Origin: Ramazzottius varieornatus
Lineage: Eukaryota > Animalia > Tardigrada
Length of the DNA: 64,000 nucleotides
Direction of reading: 5' to 3'
NCBI GenBank assembly: GCA_001949185.1
Contig: BDGG01000018.1
Span: 248,001 to 312,000 of the forward strand
The notes beneath the pieces are model-generated. The model worked only from the letters and a program-made list of their open reading frames with translations, ran no database searches and was not told the origin of the DNA. The position numbers were made by a program, and so were the translations under genes. Positions 23,423-35,214 of the stretch are shown here, piece after piece (the first letter of the stretch is position 1; every line of letters starts with the position of its first letter).

Positions 23423-25995
23423 TTGCCTGTGGCTGCCCTTCTCTCACTGCTTACAGAGATGGCGAACAACCTAGCGATGGCCGATGGGAAACTGGAGAAA
23501 CCGCTGATACTCCGTCACGCGAATCTCAACGGGATAAAATCGAAGACGGAAGAAGTGAAAGCCTGGACGGAGAGGGGCAAAGTCGACATCGCGGCTTTTG
23601 TTGAGACAATGGCAGACGATACGGTGACGGATGGGCTGATTGCTGATTTACAGAAGTACAATGTCTACAGGAAAGATCGGGCTGGATGTCGCAAGGAATC
23701 CGGTGGTGGAGTTGCAATCACAGCCAAGGATGATCTTCACTCGCTGAGAGCTGCCGATTATGAAGTGGAAAGACTCGAGCTGATGTGGGTGAAAGTTGTG
23801 GGGATGTCGATGGTCGCACTGGTCGGTGTCCTGTATGCTCCAGGTTATGAGATGGAAGTGTTCGGAAAGCTTAGTGATTCCCTTGCGAAAATTCCACCCT
23901 ATCTTCGAAGGAACCTGACTCTGGTAGGCGACTTCAACTGTGCAGACATCGACTGGGAAGACATTTCAGCCAAGCAACCCCGTACATGGGAGCTAGTCTC
24001 CATCACGAGAGAGTTTGGCCTGTTCCAGAAAGTGCGGGGAATAACCAGACAGCATGAAGAATCCTCTTCGTGCTTGGACCTCCTCTTCGTAACACGGCTG
24101 AGCCTGGCCCGTCAAGTCAGTATACTTCCCAAGCTGACTTTTTCCCATGATCATTGTGGACTACAGTGTTCCGTGAGGTTGTGGATAGTCAGCTTCCCCT
24201 CTCCACCGAAACCAATGTGGGTAGTTAAGTCTGGGAACCAGCAAAGATTGCAAAGACGTAGCTGGTTGTGATTGGAAGACGTTCTTCGACGCTCAGTGTA
24301 ATTCAGATGTGGCAACTGTCACTTTTGAGGCTAGGCTTGTGAACATTGCGCAGAAACATTTCGCTCTGAAGGAAGATGGCTCAGGAAGTCTAAATCGGCC
24401 ATCGCTCACCCCACGGGTGTTTGACGGCCTTGAGAGACGTGACGTGGCTTTTCGTTACTGGAACAGGACTCAAGATCCAAAACACTTCAGAGGTTGGGTG
24501 GACTGTGCGAGAGAAACCAAGAGGCTCATGAGAGCTGCAAAGACAAAACAACTCCGAAACATCGCCACACTGTCAAGAAGATGTCCGAACGTACTTTGGA
24601 GATATGTAAAGCGATCGTCAAAGTCTGAGGGTCTTCCTCCCATTCCTGTACCTGGCAGCAAAGTGAAGTATCTGGTCCATCCGAGGGTAAAGCTGGACAC
24701 ATAGCCGACGTATTCCTGAAAGATTACGGCCAATGTGATGAGCATTGCCAGCCAATCAACGAAGTCCCATCAACTGTTACGAGATGGAAGCAGTGGTTTC
24801 CAAACTCAAACGTGTTTGGACCGGAAGTGTGGAGTGTGCTAAAGACGATGCTTGGAAAGAAAGCAGTAGGCTCGTCGCTACTGAAGAATGCTCTCATGAA
24901 GGCAGCTGGCTCGGCTCTCGTCTATCCACTCACTCGACTGTTCAACCTGATCCTCAGCACGAAGAAGTATCCCACCTCTTGGAGAAGCGCCGATGTTCTG
25001 CCAGTTCCAAAGAAAGGCGGTGCCACATGGAGACGCATTTCTCTTTTGCCTCCTCTGTCTCACGTTTTTTGAGAAAGTTTTAGTTGTTCAAATTTTGATG
25101 TTTTAGAAAAGAATAGTCCATTGACCGCGAGGCAGTTTGGTTTTAGAGCAAAGAGATCAACAGAAGCACAGCTGTTCCATATGGTACACCAGTGGTCGCA
25201 AGCCTTGTCAGAGAAGAAAGAAGTGGATGCAGTATTCCTAGACTGCACCAAGGCATTCGGTCGAGTTTCATACGGAGTACCACGGCCAGGCAATTGTTAT
25301 ACAAGAGCTTGGTCCACCCCATTGCTGAGTATGCATACTCAGTGTGGAATCCTACAAACCAGAAGCATCAGAAACAACTGGAGCAAGTTCAAAAAGACTT
25401 CCTGAAAAGCATCCGGCTACGCAAGACCTCGAAAGGCCAACAAGACAGCGACTTCAACCAATACCGACAACACTTAGCTGACGTTCAGTGGGACTACTCA
25501 TGGATGAGGAGAGCGAAGGCAGTGCTGGTCAACGCATTCCAGATCTGGACCGACGGGTTCCCCGAGGGACGCCTCCTGCTCAGCGGACCAAGCACCACAC
25601 AGCAGCAGTTTTCTCGAGTTACAACAAGAAGCCAGAATCCTGCAAGGGTCCCGGACGGGGAGGTTCGTGTTCTGCCTGCTACAAGAATCAAAGAGAAAGA
25701 CACTTTGAGAGCAACCTCTGATACTTTTGCTTACGTTGCTTCCGCTTTGACCAATGATACTAAATTCTGCCCATCTGCTGCAAACTGTGCGAGACTATCT
25801 ACTTTTGAGTCGTATCTTGATCATCTAGATTTTCGAGAATTTTCGTGGTGTATTAAGAACATTGATGGTTGTCTGTTGCAATTGTTATGTTTGGGTCTTT
25901 CTCTTTGGCTTTCTTGCCCCATTTTTCATCTTGTGTCTAGGGCTGAGCATTTTTTATCAAGCACGAGTAATCAAGCACGAGTAAAGCTATTATAA
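23423..25995 (+). mobile_element. Decayed non-LTR retrotransposon (CR1/L2-group ORF2) with the central RT region deleted
   Basis: AP endonuclease motifs ANLNGI, VET, GGGVAI, VGDFN, LDLLFV, DH; RT motifs RRISLL, QFGFR, VFLDCTKAF joined almost directly to LYKSLVHPIAEYAYSVWNP; many frameshifts; tandem 14-mer TCAAGCACGAGTAA at the 3' end. Confidence 0.9.
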
Positions 25996-26348
25996 GTCAT
26001 CTGTTGTACAGACAGGCATAGTGCATTATTTTACCGTGTTGGTCGTGCAGTGCCGTCAAGGGGTACTATCAACAGGGTTATCAATTCCGCATTAATCAAC
26101 ACGCCAACGTCTTCGTATGATTAGTACGGAATTGATTGATCAAATCCGAAATCACGATTCATGACACATCGAAAACTTGGAAAAATTCATCAAAAAAATT
26201 ATAAAAATCAGAAAAAGTCGGGGAATCATCCTGAGTAAAGGATTGTGCTCTGTGCTGTCTGGAGCTGGAGCTTCCTCTTATGAGTTTGTGATTCAGAATC
26301 CCTTGGGTATTATGTCAATAATTTATCTATTTTCTGTAGAATCTGCAC

Positions 26349-26784
26349 TAGAGCACGGAATCTGGCCGCATGCGCTGTACTGAACTGTTGCTGTGCTGTG
26401 CTGCAGCACAGCTGCAGCGCGTGAACTGACGAAATTTGTGCGGCACAGCACAGCATACAGCAGAAAGCCATAGACTACCGCGCAGATGCACCTACCGAAA
26501 CCTAACAAAAATTACAGTTTTTGGGCATTCGAACGTCATCCGTCTCAGCTTTGCTTTACTTCAGGGCAACGTTCTCCAGGTTGATTACCGATTTCGCTGA
26601 CTGAAATACAAACCACGTCAATATATCGGCGTTCCGCGCAGTTGCACCAGGTCAACGTGCGTCTGCAGCACAACTACTTAGCCACTGGGCATGAAAGTTG
26701 TGCAGCACAGCGCAGCGTACAGCGCCCTGGTAATGTGCGCAGCACAGTTACAGCGTACATTTGGACCTGCGGCCCAGTGCCCTA
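26349..26784. mobile_element. hAT-type MITE family D (436 bp)
   Basis: TAGAGCAC...GTGCCCTA termini; perfect 8-bp TSD atctgcac (26341-26348, 26785-26792); CAGCA subterminal repeats. Confidence 0.85.
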
Positions 26785-26920
26785 ATCTGCACTCTGCTGC
26801 CCGATTATAGAATAATAAAATAATCCTTCGTTGTTCCTTTGCAGATCTCCCCGCAACATGGCACTGTCTGAGCACTAAAGCTTCGAGGGACAAGGATCGA
26901 GGAAGCAGGAGGAGTGAAGG

Positions 26921-29048
26921 ATGGGACGTAAGCAAGAGCATGAGCTGTTCGTGCAGAATCTGACCGGGTGCAGCTCATTGACCGTATTTTCCGTTTTGGC
27001 CTGCATCGCATTATTCGTCTTCCTCGATGAACTGCTCCGTCTGTCCTGGAAAAAGAACCTCGTCTCCAAAAAGTGGTATGTTTTATGAAAGAATGGCATC
27101 CCGCGGTGTCTGCCGTTTCAGATCTGATTTCTTGTTATAGGACTAATTTCCTGCTGGATTTCTTCGTGCTCGTCCTACCGGTGCTGTCCACCGTCACCAT
27201 CTTAAGCGGATGGTTGACTTCCTTACTGATCTTCCTGGCGATAACCAGTCTGTTTGCGAGTGCTGTACGTATCGCTTTGTCTTCGGGTATGACAAGGCAG
27301 AAGGATGATTTACAAGTTGGCGAGCAAGCACAAGCAGGGAGACAGTCGCTCGAGTTCATGGTGGTGTCGCAGTTTCGTGGCTGCGTTCTCCTCCTGGCTT
27401 GTGTCACCATCCTGGCCGTCGACTTCCCGGTGTTTCCACGTCAGATGGGCAAGACAGAAAGACAAGGATACTCTGTGATGGACTTGGGTGTCGGTGCTTT
27501 CGTCATCGCTAACGCGCTGGCTGCTCCACAGACCAAAGAGTAAGCACGAAATTGATGGTGGCTCTGACTGAAGTATGACGTCATCGGTCAACTGAGCAAA
27601 AGGATGGAACACCCCTTTAACAAGCGTTCGTAATGATGTCATGCCCTGCTGGAGCCGGCAGTATTAGGACAGTTCATCCACCTGCGTACAGTTGGCCATC
27701 ATTTCTTGTTCTGTTTTGGTAGAATGGAGAGGAGTTCATGGAAGATGGTGGTGAAGGAAGTCCAGGACACTTTAGTCCTCCTCATCCTCGGTTTCTCTCG
27801 CTTCGTCTCGGTCTTGCTGACGGACTATCCCGTGCCGGAAGCTGAGTATGGCAAGCACTGGAACTTCTTCTGCACCCTCGCCTTTGTCAAGGTTCAGAAG
27901 TCAGTCTGCTATGACGCTGGAAATATTCCTCAAGGACTAATTCAAACTTGGACATGGTTAGTTGTCAACGCGCGTTTCCCTAAAACTATCTTGTTTTCCC
28001 CTTGCAGATTTTGGGACGGCTAGCGGCAGTCCTTGTTCCTCCTGGTGCAGTTGCGGCCTTGGGTGTCTGCTTAGCGATAGTCTATGAGTGTTGCCTTCGT
28101 CTTGGCCTGTACAGTTTCGTCCTGGATGCTGCCGACAAAGCAGTGCCTGCTTCTTCGTCGTCCATCGTCCAGTTCCTCATTGACAACCGATCCGGCTTGT
28201 CATCCTGCCTGGGCTTCTTGGCCATGTTCCTCATGTGGCTTTACGTTGGTCGACTCTTCCGAAACCAACGGTATCCGTTTTGCTTCCCTTTTCAGCCAAG
28301 AAGGTCTTTCTTTCCACTTCTTTCTGTATTCACCAGGCAGTCGACAGCCGCCATTCTTCGTCTCTTCCAAGACCTGGCCCTGTACAGCTTGGTCCTTTAC
28401 GGAGCGACGTTGATGCTTCCGCTCCCATCGCGCCGTGTCGTCAACATGTCTTACATGTTCTGGGTTGTACGTTCTGCACATCGGCAACTACTGTAGATGG
28501 TCTGGTGCTTAGCCTGATATTGTCCTTTCCCTTTGCAGAGTTATCAAGCAATGGCCTTCTTGGCTTTCACGCTCCTGACGCGCTTGCTCCTTGTGAGCAT
28601 CGACCAGTCTTCTGCCGTACTGCTGCAGTCTTTCGATCCACGGAATGTGAAGAGCTCTTTGTGGAACATCTACCAGGCTTTCCAAGAAGGTAAGTCTTGG
28701 CTTGAGTACATCAGAATTCGGCTAGCGGGCTTGACAGGTTTCTCTATTGTAGGAAAGTTCGAGGTGGACCTTACTTCCCATCGGGCCTCCTTGTTCACAC
28801 CGACCATCTTGTCAGCCATGAACTACAACTCTATGGCCATTTTTCTGTTGGCTAACGTCTTGACTGGTCTCATTAACCTCAGCATCGATACAACAAAATG
28901 CGGAGACCTTGTCAGTATGCTGATATTGACAGCTTACCTTACTGTCATCACTTCCGCAGCTTACTTTTTGTACCGCAGAAATATCAGACTTCCTCTCAGG
29001 CTGGCTTCTCTGCGTCCTTTTTGTCTGCCAAAGACCAAAGTCAAATAA
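26921..29048 (+). CDS. PIGW: GPI inositol acyltransferase PIG-W/GWT1 (multi-exon)
   Basis: HELFVQNLTG, ILAVDFPVFPR..GKTE..GYSVMDLGVG, EYGKHWNFFCTL, SRRVVNMSY, NYNSMAIFLLANVLTGLINL. Confidence 0.95.
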
Positions 29049-29275
29049 TCCTGCACCTTTGCTAAAAGAAAATGAAAATGGGAAAGAAGAAAATGGATGA
29101 ATTGACCGCTAGATTTAACCTTTGGTCCTGCCAAAGGCCAGCTTTCTGCGATGCATGCCGTGATAGCGGACCCAATGCCGCAATCCAAAAACTGATGAAA
29201 TCTTACCAGCGGGAAAAAAAATTCGAACGTTTGTGATTACTGTTTGTTTCCAACACGGTGTTTGAAGAAGAGAAG

Positions 29276-32200
29276 ATGGACAGAGGATGCTGCGGTAAGT
29301 TGTGCTGCGTCTTGTTTGGCGAACTGCTTCGCATGTTTTCTGCATTCTGTGCTTGCTTGCAGCGGCCCTGACTGCGCTGTTACTAGCAGCTGGCGTTGGC
29401 GGTAATGGAAGCATAGGGGAGAATGAGAGGGTGGACTGCTACCCGCAAGGGCCGATCAGCGAGGAAGAGTGCCGCCTTCGCGGTTGCACCTTCCAGCAAG
29501 CCAGCCAGCCTGGTCCTCCCCCTTGCTACATGACCCACGACATGCACCGATATGTCTACGCTGGACCGCAGAAGGAAGACTCTGTCAACGGATGGAGCGT
29601 CGTCACCGACAACGAGATCAAAATCCGAGTGGAAACTACCAGCAACTTTTCCATTTCCGGTGACGCAGCTGTGCGCGCGCTAAGCATCGAGTTTGAAGCT
29701 TACTCCACCCGCGTAATGGGCTTCCGGGTGAGTGCACTGACAAGACAGATTCACATGTACAGGGTCCTTCCGCCAAGTGACTACCGCCTAGAACTGCGGC
29801 GTAGAAAAAGAAATATCAGATTGCTCGTTTTCCTTTCGGTCGATCACATATTTCATGCAACTTTTTAAGCTGCTTTCGCTGAGACTTAGCTCATTTGCCT
29901 GTATCCAGCGTGTGGGTCGGGAAAGTTGACTGAAATGACTTCCGGTGAGGAAGACTTTTTGCCTCCAACAAACCGGGCTCTCTGCAACTGCGCGTGTTAG
30001 TAGTCATCCTTGATTCAACTTCAACGGGCTCACAACTATTTGGGGCCGTATTCAAAATTAAGAAAGTTCAAAGGAGTGTCAGACTGATTTGACAAATGAA
30101 TTAAGGCCGTCAGATTTGTCCCTTTTGAGGAGAAACCTCTTCTGGTGCCGGAAATTTTAACTCCTCTTCCAAACCAAGAATTATTTTAACTTTCACTTTC
30201 AACCCCTCTCCGTGTGGCTCAGTCCTCGGAAATTGACTCAAAACCTGAAAAAGTTGCTGATGCACAACAACTCAGTTTTCACGAAAGGTCTTCCCGCACC
30301 TCAGTTTTGCTTAGCCTATCCCAACCAGTTTCTGATTCCAATGACTCGTGGATTTAGCTATCCGTTTCTGCTTCCACTTGTCGGAAAAAGATCTGACCTT
30401 TTTTCTCAGAATTCATGTTCTCAGTTGTCCATTCCATTTTCCGCCGCGAATCCATTAAAGTTGTTGTTGAACAGTTTCAACTCAAACGTGGAAAGAAGTT
30501 AGGGAAGATTTTGGTGCGTTGAGAGAATGGGCAAAAAGTTCACTCCGGAGCAGCTACGTGACTGTACCTTCCCTACTCTCGGGTTGAATTTCGACTTTCT
30601 ACAAAACCTTTTTTCCGGCCCATTGATTCTTAAATGGTAACAAAGGGAATACTTAGTAAAAGAAAAATAGTTGGGAGAACAACAACACCCTCTCAGTCGA
30701 GAGCGCCATCAAGATTACGAGGAGGTAGTCACTGGGCGGAAACACCCTGTCTCATCACTACAACATGTGTTACTTTGATGGAACATGTTAAAGTAACTGG
30801 GTAGATAAACTGGACAAGACTGTTTGCTCCAGTGGCGCACCTTATCATTGCCATTGACCGACAATGTGCGCCACTTGGAAAAGGATTTTGTATTAGTTTG
30901 CAAATATATTCATTGATCCACATTCAAGTGTCGAATTGCTTCTCTTTTGTGTTGTGGTACAGATCAAGGATGCCGATAACGAGCGCTATGAAGTGCCAGC
31001 CTCCGTCCTGAACTTGGCCATTCCACGACGGCTAAACAAGAACTTTTACCGCGTGGAATACGTCAGCGACCCTAACCAAGCCTTCGCCTTCAAGATTATC
31101 CGAGCTTCGACCAATGTTACACTGTAAGGAAGCAAGACTTGAACTTGTCTGATGTCAGAGCAGTAAGGCTGGTTAACGTTGCAGGTTTGACACGACGATA
31201 GGTGGGATGATCTTTGAAGACCGTTTCCTGCAAGTAGTGACCAGGCTGGCCTCCAAATACCTGTACGGCTTCGGTGAAAATCGCCACCAGTCCTTCCGCC
31301 ACCAGCTGGACTGGTCCACCACACCCATCTTTTCTCGCCACACCGACCCACATGTCCGTGACAAGGGCAGCAACTACGGCGGTGTCCACCCCTTCTACAT
31401 GGTCGTCGAAGATGAAGGACCGGCCCATGGCGTCTTCTTACTCAACAGCAACGCCATCGGTTCGCCCATTAGTTCTTCGCCCCCCCCCCCTTCTTCAGTT
31501 CCAACGGTAATCCGTTCCTTGTACCGTCTCTTTGCAGAGTATAAAGTGCAGCCAAGTCCGGCGCTGACCCTTCGGGCCATGGGGGGTGTGATGGAGTTTG
31601 TGGTGTGCATGGGCGCTACGCCCAACGACTTGATCCTGGAGTACACACAGGTGGTCGGTCGACCCGAGCTACCGCCCTACACCGCCCTGGGCTTCCATCA
31701 GGAAGTCAAAGTGGAGGACGCAGCCGACGTCATCAAGAAGATGCGTCAAGCCCAACTGCCTCTTGACGTCTTACATATCCGATCACGGGGCAAGTTATGC
31801 CAAACTGAAGAAATAAGCATCGTGGAAAATTCCGCCAGACGCTGACAGTACTAAAAGTGCATCCCTTCTGGTGGTCACGTGACGTTGGTTACATCGAGCG
31901 ATGTTACAAGACCACGTGTTCACCGGAAGACATGCATTTTCAGCACTGGCAGATGTGCGGGAGTAAAGGCAATATATGTGGGTGAAGCTTTGGTGTCTTT
32001 GTTGCAGCCTCCGACCAGGAGTGGGATGTCACCGTCATGAAAGACTCGCTGTCCAAGGCCGTGGCCCAACTTCAAGCAAACGGAAGTCTGGCTCTTGTCA
32101 CGCTGGTCAGTTCCAGCGCTCCTCCCATCTTTGAATAAATTTCATGGACTGTAGGGTGTCCTCCCTTTGTTTCGTAGCCGCCGTACATTCGAGTGGATGC

Positions 32201-34576
32201 CGAAGACGAGGCTGTCCGACAAGCTTACCAGGAAGGACTGTGGAAAGATGTCTTTGTCAAATGGCCCAAAGAGTACGCTGAGTACAACGACAGCGACATG
32301 AACCGGGCCAGCTTCGGACCCGACCGGACATTGCTGGCCATTGTAAGTGCCTGCTTTGCCCTGCCACATCACTTTGACCAGCATGCCATGTCTTGCAGGA
32401 TGAGGCGCTTCTGTCTGTCGCTTTGGTGGACTTTTTCCAGCCCAAAGCTGTGGAGTGGTGGCAGAAGTGGCTGACGTCCTTGCAGCACGACATCCCCTGG
32501 GACGGCTATGCCCTGCAACATAACCAGCCCTTCTCGCCGCACACCAACCAAGAGCCCACCAGCCCACTACGCTGCTCTTCGCAGGCCCACGAAGAATCCT
32601 CCCAGTACAAAGCAGGTGATGGCCATCAAGGCTTTTGGCCAATGGGAAAATGCTCCTGACGGACACTTGCTTTTGTCATTGCAGCTGCCATCCCCGTCTG
32701 GAACTCCAGCGCCACATCGGGTCTCTTGTCCGACCAGACCATCTGCATGGATGGCCAGCATGTGGTCGACAACAAGTCCGTCAGCCATTACAACCTCCAC
32801 AACCTCTACGGCCACGCTCAAGCCGCTGCCGCCAACAAGTAATTGACCAGCCCGCTCACAATTATTGTTGCAGGGATGGAAAGTGATGGGTTTTTTTGGT
32901 TGTGTCTTCAGGATTATACAAAAGCTCAAGGGAAAGCGTGGACTGGTCATGACGGAAGCCCACTTTGCCGGCACAGGAGCCGCAGCCGGCGCCTGGCTGT
33001 CCACCTCCCTCAAGGACTCTCCTGCCACCGCCATCAAGCAGTCAATCATCTCTGCCTTTGAATACAACATGTTCGGCATGACCATGGTACAGGCTCCCCT
33101 CTCTTTCACACAACCTACCCCTGGGACAATGAATTTCACCACTTTGTGTTTCCCCCCATGCGGCGCACACTGCCAGCTCATGGCAATGACAATGTGCGCC
33201 GCTTACCTTTAGCCACCTCTCACCATGTCTTTGTGCTTGTCAGACGGGTGGAAATGCGCTTTACGTGCCGACAGAGGAAGCCTCCTGCCTGCAGTGGCAG
33301 GTCTTCACCATGTTCCACGTCCTGGCCAAGAGTATCCTGAACAGCGGGCCGGACATGGAGGACGGCTGTCTGCAGTACCGGTCGGTGAGAGAGGCCAGCA
33401 GGAAGGCCCTCAACATGCGCTACACCCTCTTGCCCTACCTCTACACCCTCTTCTATCACGGCTGGATGGAAGGCGAGCCGCTCATCCGTCCCCTCTTTTA
33501 CGAGTACAGCACCAAACACCACCACAAGGACATCTTGGAGGTGGACAGGCAGTTCTTGTGGGGACCGGCCCTCATGTTCGTCCCTAATATCGAGGGAGGC
33601 GACCAGCGTAGTCTCTACATGCCCGACGATACTTGGTACAACGTCTATCAAGGTCAAGACCAGCTGCAGGCAAGTCCAGTTAAATCTTGCCATTCAGCGC
33701 CTGAAGAGTATCCTCGTGGCATACTTGACATGATTTCTTCTAGCTGGATGCCAGCTTCAACTCCAGCCGCAGAAAGGTCATGGTGGCCCCCAAAGATGAG
33801 ATGGTTATATTCCAACGTGGCGGCTACATCATCCCTGTCCATGTTCCCTTCGACCACGATGGGCAGAGCGCGCCCATGAGCATTGCAGCAGTGTAAGACC
33901 ATCGGTCGTCATTGAAGCCAAGCCTGCAGCTGTTGCATATCTTCAAGCGTGGTGACATCCTCTAGGCGAAAGCGAGACTTTGGTCTGTGGATTGCTCCCT
34001 ATTACCACGATGACGGGTCAGCGGCGGCCAACGGTAACCTCTACTGGGACGACGGTCAAAGCCTCGGTCAGTGCGCCTCAATCCTACTTTGGCTCCTGCG
34101 CCTCGTACCCTTGGTTGTCCCCCTATATGCAACCAATTGCTGTCTTATGTCACAGACACCATCGAGAAGGAGGATTACATGTCGTGGTTCATCTACAACA
34201 GTTGGCAAGAAGGCAACGTTAGTGAGCGGATGGACTTGTTGCTGGTTGCATGTCTTTGACATTTTGCTGGTTGTTGCAGTGTAGCAGAGCCCTTCTGGAC
34301 TATGATGTCGAGCGCAACAACGTCACCGGCATGGATCAGCTCAAGTTTAGGAACATCGTCATTAGCGGCTACAAGATGTCCGACAGGCAGGTTGGGGATG
34401 AGGAGACGCAGATGGTGGTGCGGAAGAATGGGCAAAGGCTGGCCAAAGAGCAGCTCAAGTTCTTCTTCGACCGCGGCCTCACTGTACAGTTTGTCGAGGG
34501 CATCCCTCTAAGCCAAAGCTTCAAGCTGGACATCATCCACCCACTACCAACAGCCAAAGCTGACACATGCCTTTAG
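29276..34576 (+). CDS. GH31 alpha-glucosidase/sucrase-isomaltase-like secreted protein with trefoil domain, predicted catalytically inactive
   Basis: Signal-like N-terminus; trefoil RVDCYP...C..RGC; LYGFGEN, GVHPFYM, HGVFLLNSNA, HYNLHNLYG, RYTLLPYLYTLF, QFLWG, GNLYWDDG; catalytic motifs replaced. Confidence 0.9.
29760..30749. mobile_element. Tc1/mariner-type non-autonomous element (990 bp) in a GH31 intron
   Basis: 29-bp TIR CAGGGTCCTTCCGCCAAGTGACTACCGCC versus 30721..30749 (4 mismatches); TA on the left, TC on the right. Confidence 0.75.
30829..30877. repeat. Palindromic dyad repeat in a GH31 intron
   Basis: CCAGTGGCGCAC-25 nt-GTGCGCCACTTG. Confidence 0.85.
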
Positions 34577-35214
34577 TCTGCATGCCCAACTCTTGACCTC
34601 TTTCTTCCCATCTTTCCCAGCTGACACGATATAACAGCATAAAGTGCGCCATATGATGTTACTTCCGTTGTAGTAGTGACTTTGACCTCTGTCACCCACT
34701 GGTAAAACACTGCTCTTGTCGTCAAATGTCTAGTACTTATGACAGATGGAGATTCAGGAAGTATGTTGCCTCAGTACCAAGCTCACAGCGAGTCATCCAG
34801 CGGATGCCAGCGCCAACCTGGAGACAGAACGGAAGATGCATATCACCCGGCACCCATTACCTGTGTACCTTGGTATGACGTCAATATGTAGGGCCATCCG
34901 GTAAGTACTGTATATAAAAACGGGCTGCTTCGCCATGACAAGTCTTCCTGTGAGTGCGTAATATGAAGGAGTGGGAAAAGTATCGATAGCTTTTGCTCGA
35001 CCAGACTTGAAATTCATTTGCCTTGCGTACTGCTGTAAGTTAGTTGTATCCTATCTTGTCACGTTACTTTATGCCAATGGTACGAACAGTCTCATTTGCA
35101 GTTTTGTATGTCGACAAGGATTTGGGCAAAACAGAAAGAAGAAAAAACAACAAGAATAAATCACAACTGTAGAAAGCTAGTCTGGAAAAAGACATTCTAC
35201 TTCAGAGGTCATCT

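Noticed and set aside
26057-26306. Possible small element with CAAGGG...CCCTTG ends
   Set aside because: Only about 6 bp of inverted match and no TSD
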